Both the position numbers and the translations under genes were made by a program. A DNA stretch of 64,000 nt from a virus. Lineage: Duplodnaviria; Caudoviricetes. The first letter of the stretch is position 1, and each line of letters opens with the position of its first letter. A model generated the notes under the pieces. That model searched no databases. It saw only the letters and a program-made list of their open reading frames with translations, and had not been told where the DNA came from. The DNA is taken from positions 1-64,000 of the IMG/VR virus record IMGVR_UViG_3300014202_000529. The stretch is one strand, 5' to 3'. Shown in pieces: positions 40,389-50,575 of this stretch.

Positions 40389-41243
40389 TTAAAAATCTGC
40401 CGCTGAGGCAGTCAATTCTTTTAGACCTGAAACAACCAAATAATTAAAAAACTCTGATCGAGTTGCTGGGCGAGTGCTCTCATAATGATTTATAATACTT
40501 GTAGTGATGTGTTCTGGAATCTGACGTAGATCAATGAGGAGTTCATTTCTTTTGTAGTTCTTAAGCATTTCTGCTGTGGTGCAGAATTCCTCTGGTTTCT
40601 GTTGCAGCCATTTAATGACACTGGTTTCTCGTATGGGTTTCTGTCTTCCCCCGCTTACAAATACATCATCTGCAGATAGGATATTTGGTATACCATCCCC
40701 AGAATCACCGCGAATGATATGTTGCTTTAGGGTGAGGTTTGGGGTAAGGTCAACAATTGGGTTCTTGATGAATGGGGACCGTTGCTCCACTGCAGCATGT
40801 GACATCTGTAGTTGCACAAAATCTTTGTCACCAGAAAGGATGAGAACGGGAGACCCCATTGTTTGACGAAGTGTCAGAGACCCGATGATATCATCTGCTT
40901 CTGCGCCAGGGACATCGATAACCTTATAAGGTAGATATGTGCGGAATTCATCTTTCAACGTATCAATGCATGTGAAAATAGACTTCCAATCAAACTGGGA
41001 GGCATCCCTGGACTTCTTTCGATTTGCTTTATAATGTGGGAATTGGTCTTTCCTCCAATACCTATCAGAGTCGAATGCAACAACTACTTCACCAAATGTA
41101 TGTTTATTTTTCTTAACGTTGGAGCGAATTGTGTTCAGAATCATATGTCTGACAAGACTCAATTCTGCCTTGGGCGTCTTTGACATCACAAGGAACTCGA
41201 TTGTGCAGGCATATGCAATTTGACTAAAATCTATAAGAATCAT
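40389..41243 (-). CDS. rnh: T4-type RNase H (5'-3' exonuclease)
   Basis: WRK..FP.YKANRKK.R, EADDIIG, SGDKDF.QL and GD.GDGIPN motifs. Confidence 0.93.
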   Translation of the reverse strand: MILIDFSQIAYACTIEFLVMSKTPKAELSLVRHMILNTIRSNVKKNKHTFGEVVVAFDSDRYWRKDQFPHYKANRKKSRDASQFDWKSIFTCIDTLKDEFRTYLPYKVIDVPGAEADDIIGSLTLRQTMGSPVLILSGDKDFVQLQMSHAAVEQRSPFIKNPIVDLTPNLTLKQHIIRGDSGDGIPNILSADDVFVSGGRQKPIRETSVIKWLQQKPEEFCTTAEMLKNYKRNELLIDLRQIPEHITTSIINHYESTRPATRSEFFNYLVVSGLKELTASAADF

Positions 41244-42022
41244 ATTGTTGCTTTCATGATAAGAGTTTGTGAGTTAATGCGACCAGTAACTTTAGCTTCC
41301 TTTGTACTTAGCTCGCCCAGAAGACCATTGAGCGCACCTTTGCTGAGTTGTATAACCTTGGGAAGAACTACTTCAGGTTTTCTCAGCTTTTTTGCTTTAG
41401 ACTTATCCTTGGAATAGTTTTCTATTGAGCATCGGTTCATCATCAAACCACTATCCGTCTTTGCCACATACTGGGTCAACATTCTCGTTGGGACATGATA
41501 CGTCCATAACACCGAGGCGCCAATAATATCAACTGGATCTATTGATTTCATACCAGAGTCATTGTCACGAATAAGGTATTTGACATGTTTAACTTGTGCG
41601 TCTGGGGAAAGAATCTTCTTTTTTCTTGGTTTCTTAATAACAGGGACGCTCTCTACCCCCTCCACCACAACAGAAGGTTTTGCAACTGGTTTGGGTCTTG
41701 GTGCAACGGGTGCTGGTTTAAATACTTTCATCTCTTGTATTTTGGTATGGAACCACTGCATTGAGCGTTCATCCATCCCAGCGCCGCGAGCCAACATCCT
41801 CGAAACAAACCCAAAGGTTGCAACCTGTGCAGATATCTGTGCATCGGTTACATCTATTTCATGTTCCCTACAGTATTGACGAAGATACTTATGCGAGTGT
41901 TCTTTCTCCCTATTCTGGGAGTACCAATTCAAGGCAAGAACAATCTCAATTTTTTCCAATGGTACTGAGGGTTGAAACCTGGGCTCATCTTTTTCAACTA
42001 ATCTGTCACTTACCCGTTCCAT
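41240..42022 (-). CDS. hypothetical protein
   Basis: 260 aa; ALNWY, IIGA..LW.Y, K.LRKPE and GRIN motifs. Confidence 0.7.
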   Translation of the reverse strand: MERVSDRLVEKDEPRFQPSVPLEKIEIVLALNWYSQNREKEHSHKYLRQYCREHEIDVTDAQISAQVATFGFVSRMLARGAGMDERSMQWFHTKIQEMKVFKPAPVAPRPKPVAKPSVVVEGVESVPVIKKPRKKKILSPDAQVKHVKYLIRDNDSGMKSIDPVDIIGASVLWTYHVPTRMLTQYVAKTDSGLMMNRCSIENYSKDKSKAKKLRKPEVVLPKVIQLSKGALNGLLGELSTKEAKVTGRINSQTLIMKATI

Positions 42023-42302
42023 GCGAAAACCTCATATCATAAATGACATTTTCAATCTTTGCTCTCAAGACTTCTACATCACTCTGTCCGTAATAAGCTA
42101 GATTATTTACAGCATTATTCAATTCTATTAGGGCGATCTCTTCTGTGTCAAAATGGTTTGTTGCATAGGAGAATATATGATTTCCAAGGACCGGATCACC
42201 ATCAATACATGAAAAGGTCCACCCCCTACCATGTTTCTGAACCATCTGTTCTGCTAGGTGTCTGGGACCCTTCATCGTCACATGACATTCATAATCCGAC
42301 AT
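42006..42302 (-). CDS. hypothetical protein
   Basis: YECHVT...DGDPVLG...R.KIE pattern; coupled to neighbours. Confidence 0.6.
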   Translation of the reverse strand: MSDYECHVTMKGPRHLAEQMVQKHGRGWTFSCIDGDPVLGNHIFSYATNHFDTEEIALIELNNAVNNLAYYGQSDVEVLRAKIENVIYDMRFSHGTGK

Positions 42303-42792
42303 GTTTTTGCCATCCGGTTTTAGATAGTGAATCAACATTCACAGTTCGAATTGTTGTGCTGGTGTCGCTATCGAATGTAACCCGATTGGGGACCATATCA
42401 TCTATGAGAAGACTAACCCTTGCAACTTGGTTTGTGTGACACCAATCATGAAACGCTCCCTCTTTCCCCCTCATCAGTATAAAATCAGATAGGTCATCGA
42501 AATGACACAATTGAACTTTTTGGGAAGCTCCAAACATTCTCCTAACGGGAATAACCTCAGCAATAGAGACCCCCAGTCTATTTTCAAGATCTTCCTGCAA
42601 GAAGGTTTTAAATTCCGCTTCTTCTTCTGGTGTATGTACAGCAAAACTAAATATCCTGACAAGTTCTAACTTACCAAGATCCTTCATGATCTTCAGCAAA
42701 AGCTGAATTGCCCCACATTTTCTAAGGAAAATTGGATTTTTACCCCATGCATCAATGACTGTTTCTTCTAGGTCAATGAAAACATCCATCAT
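42289..42792 (-). CDS. HAD-like hypothetical protein
   Basis: VFIDLEETVI and LLIDD motifs. Confidence 0.55.
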   Translation of the reverse strand: MMDVFIDLEETVIDAWGKNPIFLRKCGAIQLLLKIMKDLGKLELVRIFSFAVHTPEEEAEFKTFLQEDLENRLGVSIAEVIPVRRMFGASQKVQLCHFDDLSDFILMRGKEGAFHDWCHTNQVARVSLLIDDMVPNRVTFDSDTSTTIRTVNVDSLSKTGWQKHVGL

Positions 42793-42796
42793 ACAC

Positions 42797-43159
42797 CTAC
42801 ATGTAAAAATCCATATATGAGTAATTTTTGTCTTCTTTTTCGGACCAAATTGCCGCCATTAAATCCCCCCATGCCCTATATGAGAGGATCATTTGCTTCC
42901 CATCCGAGAACACAGGAACACCTGAACTGTTTTGGTGCTCTTCTCCTGTGGTATGTAAGTTTTTCTCTAAAACCTCTCTCCTCACTGCTTCTAGGTATGG
43001 GTGTGTGGTTTCTAAGAAATGTTTAAGATAATCATTCCACCGATGATTCTCATGTCCTTTAGCATTAAACCAACCACCCATCCAACCAAAACTATCATCT
43101 TTCTCGTCAGCAACATCATCCTCATCAATCCAATCGACAACCCTAATGTCGCTACTCAT
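42797..43159 (-). CDS. hypothetical protein
   Basis: 120 aa; S.RAWGDLMA....YMDFY. Confidence 0.7.
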   Translation of the reverse strand: MSSDIRVVDWIDEDDVADEKDDSFGWMGGWFNAKGHENHRWNDYLKHFLETTHPYLEAVRREVLEKNLHTTGEEHQNSSGVPVFSDGKQMILSYRAWGDLMAAIWSEKEDKNYSYMDFYM

Positions 43160-43427
43160 AATAATCCTCTGCTTTAACTACATTAAAAGTTTCATACTCG
43201 AACCGTTTTAAGTCTCTGTAGAGCATAAACGATTTGGGGTTTCCTGAGAGTGCCCTCTTATACAACCCTAGCTGAGTCTTATTCATTGTCTTCTTATCGT
43301 ACCAACCATTCTGCTGTCTTTCCCTGAAGAGTTTTCGCAGTACATTGACATAATCTAACTCTAACCTAATATCACTGATGGTAAAACAACGAAGTCTGTC
43401 CTTTTCTTTGGCAACCAAGATGTGCAT
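43152..43427 (-). CDS. hypothetical protein
   Basis: 91 aa, translationally coupled. Confidence 0.6.
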   Translation of the reverse strand: MHILVAKEKDRLRCFTISDIRLELDYVNVLRKLFRERQQNGWYDKKTMNKTQLGLYKRALSGNPKSFMLYRDLKRFEYETFNVVKAEDYYE

Positions 43428-43430
43428 AGT

Positions 43431-44633
43431 CTACCCCTTCATGCAAAGAACCTGTCGGAGTTCTGCAACCACCTTTACAAGATCCGTCTGATCTGACATA
43501 ACCTGATCAATTGACTTATACGCTGCTGGAATCTCATCAATGACCCCCGCATCTTTACGGCAGACAATCCCCTCAGTCTGTTTCGCAACATCCTCAACCG
43601 TATACTTTTCCTTCGCTGCTCCCCTTGACAGGACCCTACCTGCACCATGTGAGCATGAACAGAATGAGTCTTTGTTGCCCAATCCCTCTACGATGTAGGA
43701 GCGAGTTCCCATAGATCCTGGGATAATTCCAAAATCACCCACGCGAGCACGAACTGCCCCTTTGCGAGTGACAATCACATTCTCACCAAAATGGTTCTCT
43801 CGCTCTGCATAGTTGTGGTGACAATTCACTGTCAAAAGTGGTGTAATATCGGGCGCATGGTCCTTATCAGAACCATACAACGCTTCGGACAATGAAGACA
43901 TTGCCAAAGACATCATAAGCTCACGATTCCTCATAGCATAGGACTGAGCCCACTGCAAATCTTGCCAATACTCGTTGAACAATTTATGACCTTCTGGAAG
44001 GTATGCAAGGTCTGGATTTTCTAGCTTGATCATGAATGCTTTCATTAAGTCTTTTGCTCGATCAATGTAATAATTTCCAATGACGTTACCAATTCCACGC
44101 GAACCTGAGTGGAGCATGATCCACACTTGATCCTGGGTATCGAGGCACACTTCAACGAAATGATTCCCCCCACCCAACGTTCCGAGTTGAGCCAACATTT
44201 TGCTCTCACGATCCTTTTGTATTTCCTCTGGTAAACTCTTGAACCCAATCATTCCATGCCAATAGAGGGTGGATAATATGGGGGTTTTGTGTTGGTCCTG
44301 TCCAACCGGAATTTTCTTAGAGAGGATCGAAAATAAATTATCTAAGTTATCATCTAAATCATTGGAATTCAACGGCAACTTTGCTGCCATCATCCCGCAA
44401 CCAATATCAACCCCAACTGCTGCAGGGGAAAGTGCTCCCTTTGTTGCCACAACAGATCCTACCGTAGCACCCTTACCAAAGTGAACATCGGGCATGGCAG
44501 CAACATGCTTGAAAACAAATGGAAGTCCCGCAGTCTGACGTAGTTGTGTCTCAGACTTGGTGTCTACGTTATGAGTCCAGATCTTGACCGGAACTGTTTG
44601 CTTTTCACCTGTTAACACTTTTGCGATTGGCAT
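43431..44633 (-). CDS. rtcB: RNA ligase RtcB
   Basis: MPDVH.G.G, VGVDIGCG, LGTLGGGNHF, HSGSRG, HHNY, IPGSMG, SHGAGR and DE.P.AYK motifs. Confidence 0.96.
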   Translation of the reverse strand: MPIAKVLTGEKQTVPVKIWTHNVDTKSETQLRQTAGLPFVFKHVAAMPDVHFGKGATVGSVVATKGALSPAAVGVDIGCGMMAAKLPLNSNDLDDNLDNLFSILSKKIPVGQDQHKTPILSTLYWHGMIGFKSLPEEIQKDRESKMLAQLGTLGGGNHFVEVCLDTQDQVWIMLHSGSRGIGNVIGNYYIDRAKDLMKAFMIKLENPDLAYLPEGHKLFNEYWQDLQWAQSYAMRNRELMMSLAMSSLSEALYGSDKDHAPDITPLLTVNCHHNYAERENHFGENVIVTRKGAVRARVGDFGIIPGSMGTRSYIVEGLGNKDSFCSCSHGAGRVLSRGAAKEKYTVEDVAKQTEGIVCRKDAGVIDEIPAAYKSIDQVMSDQTDLVKVVAELRQVLCMKG

Positions 44634-44634
44634 C

Positions 44635-45027
44635 TTAATCCCCTTGGTTATTGATTCCCCTCAGTGTAGCAAACTCCATTTCCCTTGTCAAGTGTTGGTC
44701 ATTTAGCCACGCGAGGTATTTTTTAAGGTCCTTGTTCCGTTGAGTCCAATATTCATCATAGCAAAATTCGTTAAATAGCATCGGTTCAGACAAGATCACT
44801 TGTCCATCCCCATCACACATCATGCAAGGCATATCCGGTAGACCAACATAATCAGGGTCAACACCAGACCCCATACACACTTCACATGTGCCACATGTGG
44901 GTTCGGTGGCACTATATCGACCAGATTGTTCGAACAATTCTTTCAGATCTGTTCGATGGAGTCTAACCCAATCCTTTTCTTGGAGAAGGTCAACTTTAAA
45001 AGACGTAGACATTTCGTACCTTTTCAT
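44635..45027 (-). CDS. DnaJ-type zinc-finger protein
   Basis: CEVCMGSG ... CMMCDGDG. Confidence 0.65.
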   Translation of the reverse strand: MKRYEMSTSFKVDLLQEKDWVRLHRTDLKELFEQSGRYSATEPTCGTCEVCMGSGVDPDYVGLPDMPCMMCDGDGQVILSEPMLFNEFCYDEYWTQRNKDLKKYLAWLNDQHLTREMEFATLRGINNQGD

Positions 45028-45193
45028 AGTGTTCCATGATCCACTTGACCTGGCGTTCCGATAGGGATTTGTGGGCGAACCCAGTTACCGTGTTGAGTAG
45101 TACCACATCATTATGGGTTACCTTTAGATCCTGTTTGTGGTTACTCCATGTTAGTACTAAATCCTTGTCCGAATGCACATCATCAGTTTGCAT
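44996..45193 (-). CDS. hypothetical protein
   Basis: GGAGG RBS; coupled. Confidence 0.5.
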   Translation of the reverse strand: MQTDDVHSDKDLVLTWSNHKQDLKVTHNDVVLLNTVTGFAHKSLSERQVKWIMEHYEKVRNVYVF

Positions 45194-45209
45194 AATCCCC
45201 CTCCAAAGG

Positions 45210-45626
45210 TTATCGACCACCAACCAAGCTCTCTAGCTCTCTCTGCGCCCATTTCATGTACTCTGCACCTTCATGCGTATGAAAGAAATAATCAACATTT
45301 CCCTGTCTCAGTGTCTCAATCATATAAAGGGACTTTTTGTAGTTTTCTCTCTTCTTTTGTATATCTGCCTGTTCCTTTTGGAATAAGGATATAGCTTTTA
45401 GTTTTTCTGTCTCTTCTTCACAAACCTCATCCTCAAGTGAACTGATCATATTTTGAAGTGATTGTATCTCAGACTTCAGCCCATCATTCTCAGATTTTAC
45501 TGAAACCAAACTCTCTTCTGCTTGTCTCCGAAGCTCTTGAGAAGACCGTAGATCAAGTTTCAGATTATGAATATGATCCCTCAGATCTTCAATCTGTTCG
45601 AGCAGGTTATCTGTTGCTTTACTCAT
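45210..45626 (-). CDS. coiled-coil protein
   Basis: 138 aa, heptad-rich. Confidence 0.65.
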   Translation of the reverse strand: MSKATDNLLEQIEDLRDHIHNLKLDLRSSQELRRQAEESLVSVKSENDGLKSEIQSLQNMISSLEDEVCEEETEKLKAISLFQKEQADIQKKRENYKKSLYMIETLRQGNVDYFFHTHEGAEYMKWAQRELESLVGGR

Positions 45627-46821
45627 AATCCCTAACCGCTATCCCAACTGGGAAAATCGGAATACCTTCATCCGAAAGGGTTTGGTAACGAACGGTCAAT
45701 TGCTTCCCCATATATGATTTTCTGTTGTTCCACTGCTCTTCTCTCTCTACCATCGTAGCTTTACAGCGGACATCAAATGTTCCATCACCATATACCCCAC
45801 CGGTTTTTGATGAGGTTTGGCAACGAAAGATTGCTTTATGTTCGTCTTTACCCCTTCCATCCTTACATCCAACGATTTCAAATTCTTCATCGACAAAATC
45901 TTTATATTTCTGCAACTGGTTGTCTCGATACTGAAACCGATAAGCGTCATTCGAATCTGAGCGCACAATGGACCCCTCATACCCCTGCTCAACAAATATA
46001 CCATGCATCGCTTTCATTTCTGTCTCGTTCAGAACCACTACAGTTTTAACAAACGAGAGATAGGGGACGTTAAGACTGTTTGGGAGTTTCCCATGCCACA
46101 GGATATACCGCTTCTTAAACCCACCCTCTGAAGACGCTCGATCATAACAATGAAAGTGGACATGTTTCTTTAGTGTGTCAATGTCTGGGGTCTTTTCGTC
46201 CTTAATTGCAGAGATAAGCTGCTGGAAAGTCAAATCCCCATGATTATACATTTCACCATCAAGTATCTCACCATCCTTCATGAAAGAAAGAAACTGAGGG
46301 TTCATGTACAAGCTGAAGTTCTTATAGATTTTTCCTTTCCTGGACCAATAGAAAATATTATCTCCCTTACGCTCAACCAAGCAACGAACACCATTCAACT
46401 TTGGTTGGACGAATGCGGGCCACTGTATATACTTTTTCCGCTCGTTGAATTTTTGTGCCAACATCGGTAGAAGTTTGGAACCACCAACAGAACTTCCATC
46501 ATTGTCCTGTTCGTCTGTACCTTCACCAGACTTAGGAACAACCTCTGAATAATTCTTGTCATACTGCTTCTTTAATTTTGACTCCGCTTCCAAGCATGCT
46601 TGCACGAAATGATCCGTCTCGTTGGAGCGACCGATGTTTTTCCCCTCGGTGACCGTCTGGTGTGAAATCTGCATCTTCCCATTCATTTGACCGTGCTTGG
46701 TGAAAATGACAGAAGAATCCACTTTCCTCTCAACCCAAATCGTCCATACCTTCACCACACCTTTTGAGGAAAGACCATAGAGGATTGGATAGGTGGAAAT
46801 ATCGGGCATATTATTCTCCAT
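45619..46821 (-). CDS. ATP-dependent DNA ligase
   Basis: PMLA, QPKLNGVR, LDGEMY, GYEGSIVR, K.K.F.D.EF motifs; C-terminal OB fold. Confidence 0.92.
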   Translation of the reverse strand: MENNMPDISTYPILYGLSSKGVVKVWTIWVERKVDSSVIFTKHGQMNGKMQISHQTVTEGKNIGRSNETDHFVQACLEAESKLKKQYDKNYSEVVPKSGEGTDEQDNDGSSVGGSKLLPMLAQKFNERKKYIQWPAFVQPKLNGVRCLVERKGDNIFYWSRKGKIYKNFSLYMNPQFLSFMKDGEILDGEMYNHGDLTFQQLISAIKDEKTPDIDTLKKHVHFHCYDRASSEGGFKKRYILWHGKLPNSLNVPYLSFVKTVVVLNETEMKAMHGIFVEQGYEGSIVRSDSNDAYRFQYRDNQLQKYKDFVDEEFEIVGCKDGRGKDEHKAIFRCQTSSKTGGVYGDGTFDVRCKATMVEREEQWNNRKSYMGKQLTVRYQTLSDEGIPIFPVGIAVRDYE

Positions 46822-47752
46822 TTTTCTGATGTGTCAGCTCAATGATCTCAAATAGAAGATTATCGCATCTATCTTCATTTACTGTCTCTGGTAGTATGGA
46901 CCGTTCTGATAGTTTTTCCAACGAATCCATTAGTTCTTCAAGCATCGGGGATACATCTTTAAAATGCAGCTCACCGGCTTTTATTTTTTTGAGAAAATCA
47001 ACTTGCTTCAGTGGATAGGTGAAATCACCATCAGTCAAGATGTCCTTGATTTGGTACCCTGCTCGAAATGCATGTGAGATTGCCTTCCAGTCAATTCCCT
47101 GATTGGTTTCTGCTTGTCTTGCTCGCTCTCCAAACATATCAACAAAGTGTTCCACCATATCAACATAATTGGTGGTGGTTGCATTCAGTGTCATCTTCTT
47201 TCCGCAGACCTGGTAAAACTTTCCATCTTCTGATGGTCCACAGTGCTCTCCAACCGGAAGAAGGTTGATGATGTTACCAATCTTCTCTTTGGGGTGCAAA
47301 TGCAATGCTTCGAGAACAAGCTTCGCGTCTGCTAAACGAGACCCCTTGATGCCATATTTTGCTGCCTGACTCTTTGCATACCCAACAAATGAAGAGAGTT
47401 TTCTAGTATAGAAAATGTGTCGTTGTTGGTGTATTAGATCCCATGCGAGGGTTGGTTGTATCCAATATTGCCGGGGTGCATGGAGCATGTCGAGGGCAAC
47501 CGTCTCACCTTTTTTGGCAAGTTCAAAGAAGTATTGGATGGAATAGAATTCCCTATCTGTGTCAGAAGATGTGTTTTTTGCGTGGCTGTGAGACTTGGTG
47601 TTGCAAGAAATGCTCTTTGGTGTTTGACCCAGATACATTTCTCGTTTTGTCGGAAGGAAGACCCCCTTATAATCCTTATCGGATGAGGGGGTATCGGTAC
47701 CATAAAGATGGGACCCAAAAACCATTTCCACTATGATATGCTTGTCATTCAT
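46811..47752 (-). CDS. Pol-beta superfamily nucleotidyltransferase (T4 NrdC.11-like)
   Basis: FGSHLYGT.TP.SD.DYKG and DWKAISHA.R motifs. Confidence 0.85.
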   Translation of the reverse strand: MNDKHIIVEMVFGSHLYGTDTPSSDKDYKGVFLPTKREMYLGQTPKSISCNTKSHSHAKNTSSDTDREFYSIQYFFELAKKGETVALDMLHAPRQYWIQPTLAWDLIHQQRHIFYTRKLSSFVGYAKSQAAKYGIKGSRLADAKLVLEALHLHPKEKIGNIINLLPVGEHCGPSEDGKFYQVCGKKMTLNATTTNYVDMVEHFVDMFGERARQAETNQGIDWKAISHAFRAGYQIKDILTDGDFTYPLKQVDFLKKIKAGELHFKDVSPMLEELMDSLEKLSERSILPETVNEDRCDNLLFEIIELTHQKNGE

Positions 47753-47761
47753 GATGTACAG

Positions 47762-47790
47762 AGTATAGCAAGTTCACAGGGTATTGTCAA
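47762..47790 (-). promoter_or_regulatory. sigma70-type early promoter
   Basis: TTGACA-17-TATACT at the head of the NTase-ligase-RtcB run. Confidence 0.75.
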
Positions 47791-47811
47791 TAGGACATAA
47801 CGTATTGATAT

Positions 47812-48729
47812 TTAACGAGAGTCACCAGTTATCATTTTGTCTAAGTTTTTGGTCGTTGAAACTTGATTGTATGCAATTTGGTTTGCGTTATACCAACCAA
47901 TTCCAGATATGCGCTTCGATCTCATCACCAACCGAGCATTCCTCTCAATTTGAACTGGGGTGTATTTTACAGAAACATTGTTTTCGACATAATAATTTGC
48001 AACAAGTATGAACAGATCATTGTTGGGCATGTTCACCAAATGTTCAAGTGGAAAGGTTTCAGCGTAATTAAACAGACAGATACCATCAATAAAACCATTT
48101 CCATACCATCCTTGCGGGTCTATACCTTGACTATTTCCAAGATTATGTACACTGTTGGTAATAGTGTATATGGGTACACTGTTACTCACTGACTCTCTAA
48201 TCCGTTGGACCACACTTGACACAATGTCCTTTGAAACTGTTTGCCCTGGTAGTTGTGCGACAACTGAGCGAATGTAATCCACTCCCAGCGCATCTGCACC
48301 ACACAGATCCATACATTCCTTGATGTATGAAATTCTCCAATCAACAAACTTTGTATTCCAAATGTCGTAGTGCGGTGTTGCAACTCTAGATAATATAAAT
48401 TCGGGTCTTATTGGATTTGCTTGGTTGACAATACCAACAAAATTTAAAACAGGAACAACAGAAAATCCACTATCCCGTAAAGTTTCAATAGCACTTCTCA
48501 ATGGGTTGCCACCCAGTGGGGCAAGACGCGAATCAATCGGTGCACAGGTTGACGGCCAGGTTGCTCCTCTTCCATCATCGGCAACCAAAAACACAGTGTC
48601 GATGCCCATACTTTTCCAAACACCAGAGCGAGTGGCTAGTGTTTCTGTATTTGCCCAAGCGGGTATATGGGTTTCGAATACGAATTTTCTTACGCCTCTC
48701 CAATTACTCATACGCCTCCATCTGCTCAT
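47812..48729 (-). CDS. putative glycoside hydrolase-like TIM barrel
   Basis: GIDTVF, G.DYIRS and W...G.IDG motifs resemble GHL10; late-promoter variant CCTAAATA at 48759-48766. Confidence 0.5.
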   Translation of the reverse strand: MSRWRRMSNWRGVRKFVFETHIPAWANTETLATRSGVWKSMGIDTVFLVADDGRGATWPSTCAPIDSRLAPLGGNPLRSAIETLRDSGFSVVPVLNFVGIVNQANPIRPEFILSRVATPHYDIWNTKFVDWRISYIKECMDLCGADALGVDYIRSVVAQLPGQTVSKDIVSSVVQRIRESVSNSVPIYTITNSVHNLGNSQGIDPQGWYGNGFIDGICLFNYAETFPLEHLVNMPNNDLFILVANYYVENNVSVKYTPVQIERNARLVMRSKRISGIGWYNANQIAYNQVSTTKNLDKMITGDSR

Positions 48730-48771
48730 GTGGTCCCATTCGGTTAGTGTGTAACCTATATTTAGGACGAT

Positions 48772-49002
48772 TTACCAAGAAGCATAGTCACTAAGATCGA
48801 GGGTGTCATGTGTCTTGACGTTCTCAAGGACAACAGAGACACCTATACCGTTAGATCTACTGATGTGATATATAAATTCCCCACCACCAGGGGTTTGTTT
48901 ATTTTGTGACCTAATAAACTTTGAATGTTTCCACTCAAATGATGGTGGAATAAGATGTGAAAGATATTCTGGAATTGTCGGAAGAGCTTTTAATTTCTTC
49001 AT
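48772..49002 (-). CDS. hypothetical protein
   Basis: 76 aa ending LDLSDY.SW. Confidence 0.6.
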   Translation of the reverse strand: MKKLKALPTIPEYLSHLIPPSFEWKHSKFIRSQNKQTPGGGEFIYHISRSNGIGVSVVLENVKTHDTLDLSDYASW

Positions 49003-49006
49003 GATG

Positions 49007-49081
49007 TGGTGGACCCTGTAGGTGCTGCCCCTACTGCCTCCGCAGTGTCAATGCGGCACTCTGCTGGTGAGCTAAGGGTCC
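49007..49081 (-). tRNA. tRNA-Val(GAC)
   Basis: CCGCA-TTGACAC-TGCGG anticodon arm; CCA; T-loop GGCAGCA. Confidence 0.88.
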
Positions 49082-49171
49082 GTCTATATTGTGCGTCTAC
49101 TGGTTCAACATCCTCGTTCGCAACGATCTCTTTACTGTCTGCAAATCTTGGCATAATAACCTCACATTATA

Positions 49172-49247
49172 TGGACTCCCTGACAGGACTCGAACCTGCA
49201 TGTCTCTGGTTCGAAGCCAGAGTAGCTTCCATTGCTATCACAGGGAG
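49172..49247 (-). tRNA. tRNA-Arg(TCG)
   Basis: TCTGG-CTTCGAA-CCAGA; CCA. Confidence 0.9.
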
Positions 49248-49603
49248 TGTAACACTTTTAACCATTCGTTGTCAAATACACAATTGTCTGGTGCATGACG
49301 AAACATTGGAGCAATTTGCTCATTCTTATATCCAGCAAGACCGCAACCAATACGAGTTACCAAAAACTCCAGTTCATTATTCTGGGATGCAAAAACAATA
49401 AATTCTTTCACATACGTCTCTATGATATCTAAGGGAAGTACCTCTAAGTGGTGTCCCTTTGTGGGAATTGCATAGGAATTCCCTTGCAACCCCTTTCCCT
49501 GCCCATACTTTGCACCGTAATAGGTTCGAGCATGTAGGGCAGCTCCAGCACCATGACGCCCAGCAAGGTTTGACCCAAATACAAATATTTTATGCGTACT
49601 CAT
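49238..49603 (-). CDS. conserved phage protein (IFVFGSN family)
   Basis: IFVFGSNLAGRHGAGAA, G.SYAIPT and VTRIGCGLAG motifs; stop codon lies inside tRNA-Arg(TCG). Confidence 0.8.
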   Translation of the reverse strand: MSTHKIFVFGSNLAGRHGAGAALHARTYYGAKYGQGKGLQGNSYAIPTKGHHLEVLPLDIIETYVKEFIVFASQNNELEFLVTRIGCGLAGYKNEQIAPMFRHAPDNCVFDNEWLKVLHSL

Positions 49604-49757
49604 AACCATTATCACCATACTCATATGGGACTTTATATTTCCCGTACAAATACCCACATGAACATCTAAATGGGGTATTGAGTGGTCCCTGTGGTGGATT
49701 CGGAAATTCTCTTTTGCATTTGAGACAAATAATAACTGGTGATTCCATGATATTTCA

Positions 49758-49952
49758 TTAACGAGGCTTAAAGAACATCAAAGAATCGGTAGCTTCCTCA
49801 AACATTTCTATACTTATTACACCCTGCAACTGCAATACATGAAAAGAATTCATAAGAAAAATCCACTTCTGCCATTCCAAATCTTCTCTAATTTCCTTGT
49901 CTGTGAAATCTTCCTTATGTCGGAAGTCTCTCTTAATCTCTGTTATCCTCAT
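49758..49952 (-). CDS. hypothetical protein
   Basis: 64 aa with RBS. Confidence 0.55.
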   Translation of the reverse strand: MRITEIKRDFRHKEDFTDKEIREDLEWQKWIFLMNSFHVLQLQGVISIEMFEEATDSLMFFKPR

Positions 49953-49971
49953 AGGAACTTCCTCACATGTA

Positions 49972-50046
49972 TGGTGCCGCTAGCAGGACTCGAACCTGCA
50001 TGGTCCCCTTTAGGAGAGGGGTGCATATCCTTTTTGCTATAGCGGC
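49972..50046 (-). tRNA. tRNA-Arg(CCT)
   Basis: CCCCT-CTCCTAA-AGGGG; CCA. Confidence 0.92.
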
Positions 50047-50053
50047 ATGAATT

Positions 50054-50131
50054 TGGTGCCCCCGGCAGGATTTGAACCTGCGTGGGTTCCGCTTAGAAGG
50101 CGGATGCCTTTCCAGACTAGACTACGGGGGC
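50054..50131 (-). tRNA. tRNA-Arg(TCT)
   Basis: TCCGC-CTTCTAA-GCGGA; CCA. Confidence 0.92.
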
Positions 50132-50140
50132 ATATGTTTC

Positions 50141-50231
50141 TGGCGGAAGACAGAGGACTCGAACCTCACCCCCGCATTGAGAGCCCTTCGTTTTCGAGAC
50201 GAGGCGACGCGGCCCGCGCCGTTTATCTTCC
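50141..50231 (-). tRNA. tRNA-Ser(CGA)
   Basis: Loop CTCGAAA; long variable arm; G73; CCA. Confidence 0.88.
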
Positions 50232-50236
50232 ATAAT

Positions 50237-50570
50237 TGGTGGAGGTGCGGGGCATTGCATCCCCGGTCCAAAAGTACTCTTGAAGTAGGATCTCCATGCT
50301 AATCAATCATTCTACGATCAACTGTGGATTGATACACGGTTGAAAGTTTTGAGGATAAATCTCGTATTCAGTACACCCCCAACTCCTGAATACCAGTCTG
50401 AATTTACGCCTCCCCACTTACAGACTTACATGAGTTGGCGCGAAGTGCGATTAAGCAGCGACGAGTTCTAGTTCTGCAGCAATTAATTGCTTCCATGTTG
50501 TTAACGGAGCCACGGAACTCCGGCATGCCCTCTCATTCTCCAGTTACCCCTGTCGATACTGTTCACCCCC
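50237..50570 (-). ncRNA. ssrA: tmRNA
   Basis: 5' GGGGGTG...TCGAC and 3' CACCTCCACCA with G3-U70; tag frame GCT GCA GAA CTA GAA CTC GTC GCT GCT TAA (AAELELVAA*). Confidence 0.95.
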
Positions 50571-50575
50571 ATGTT

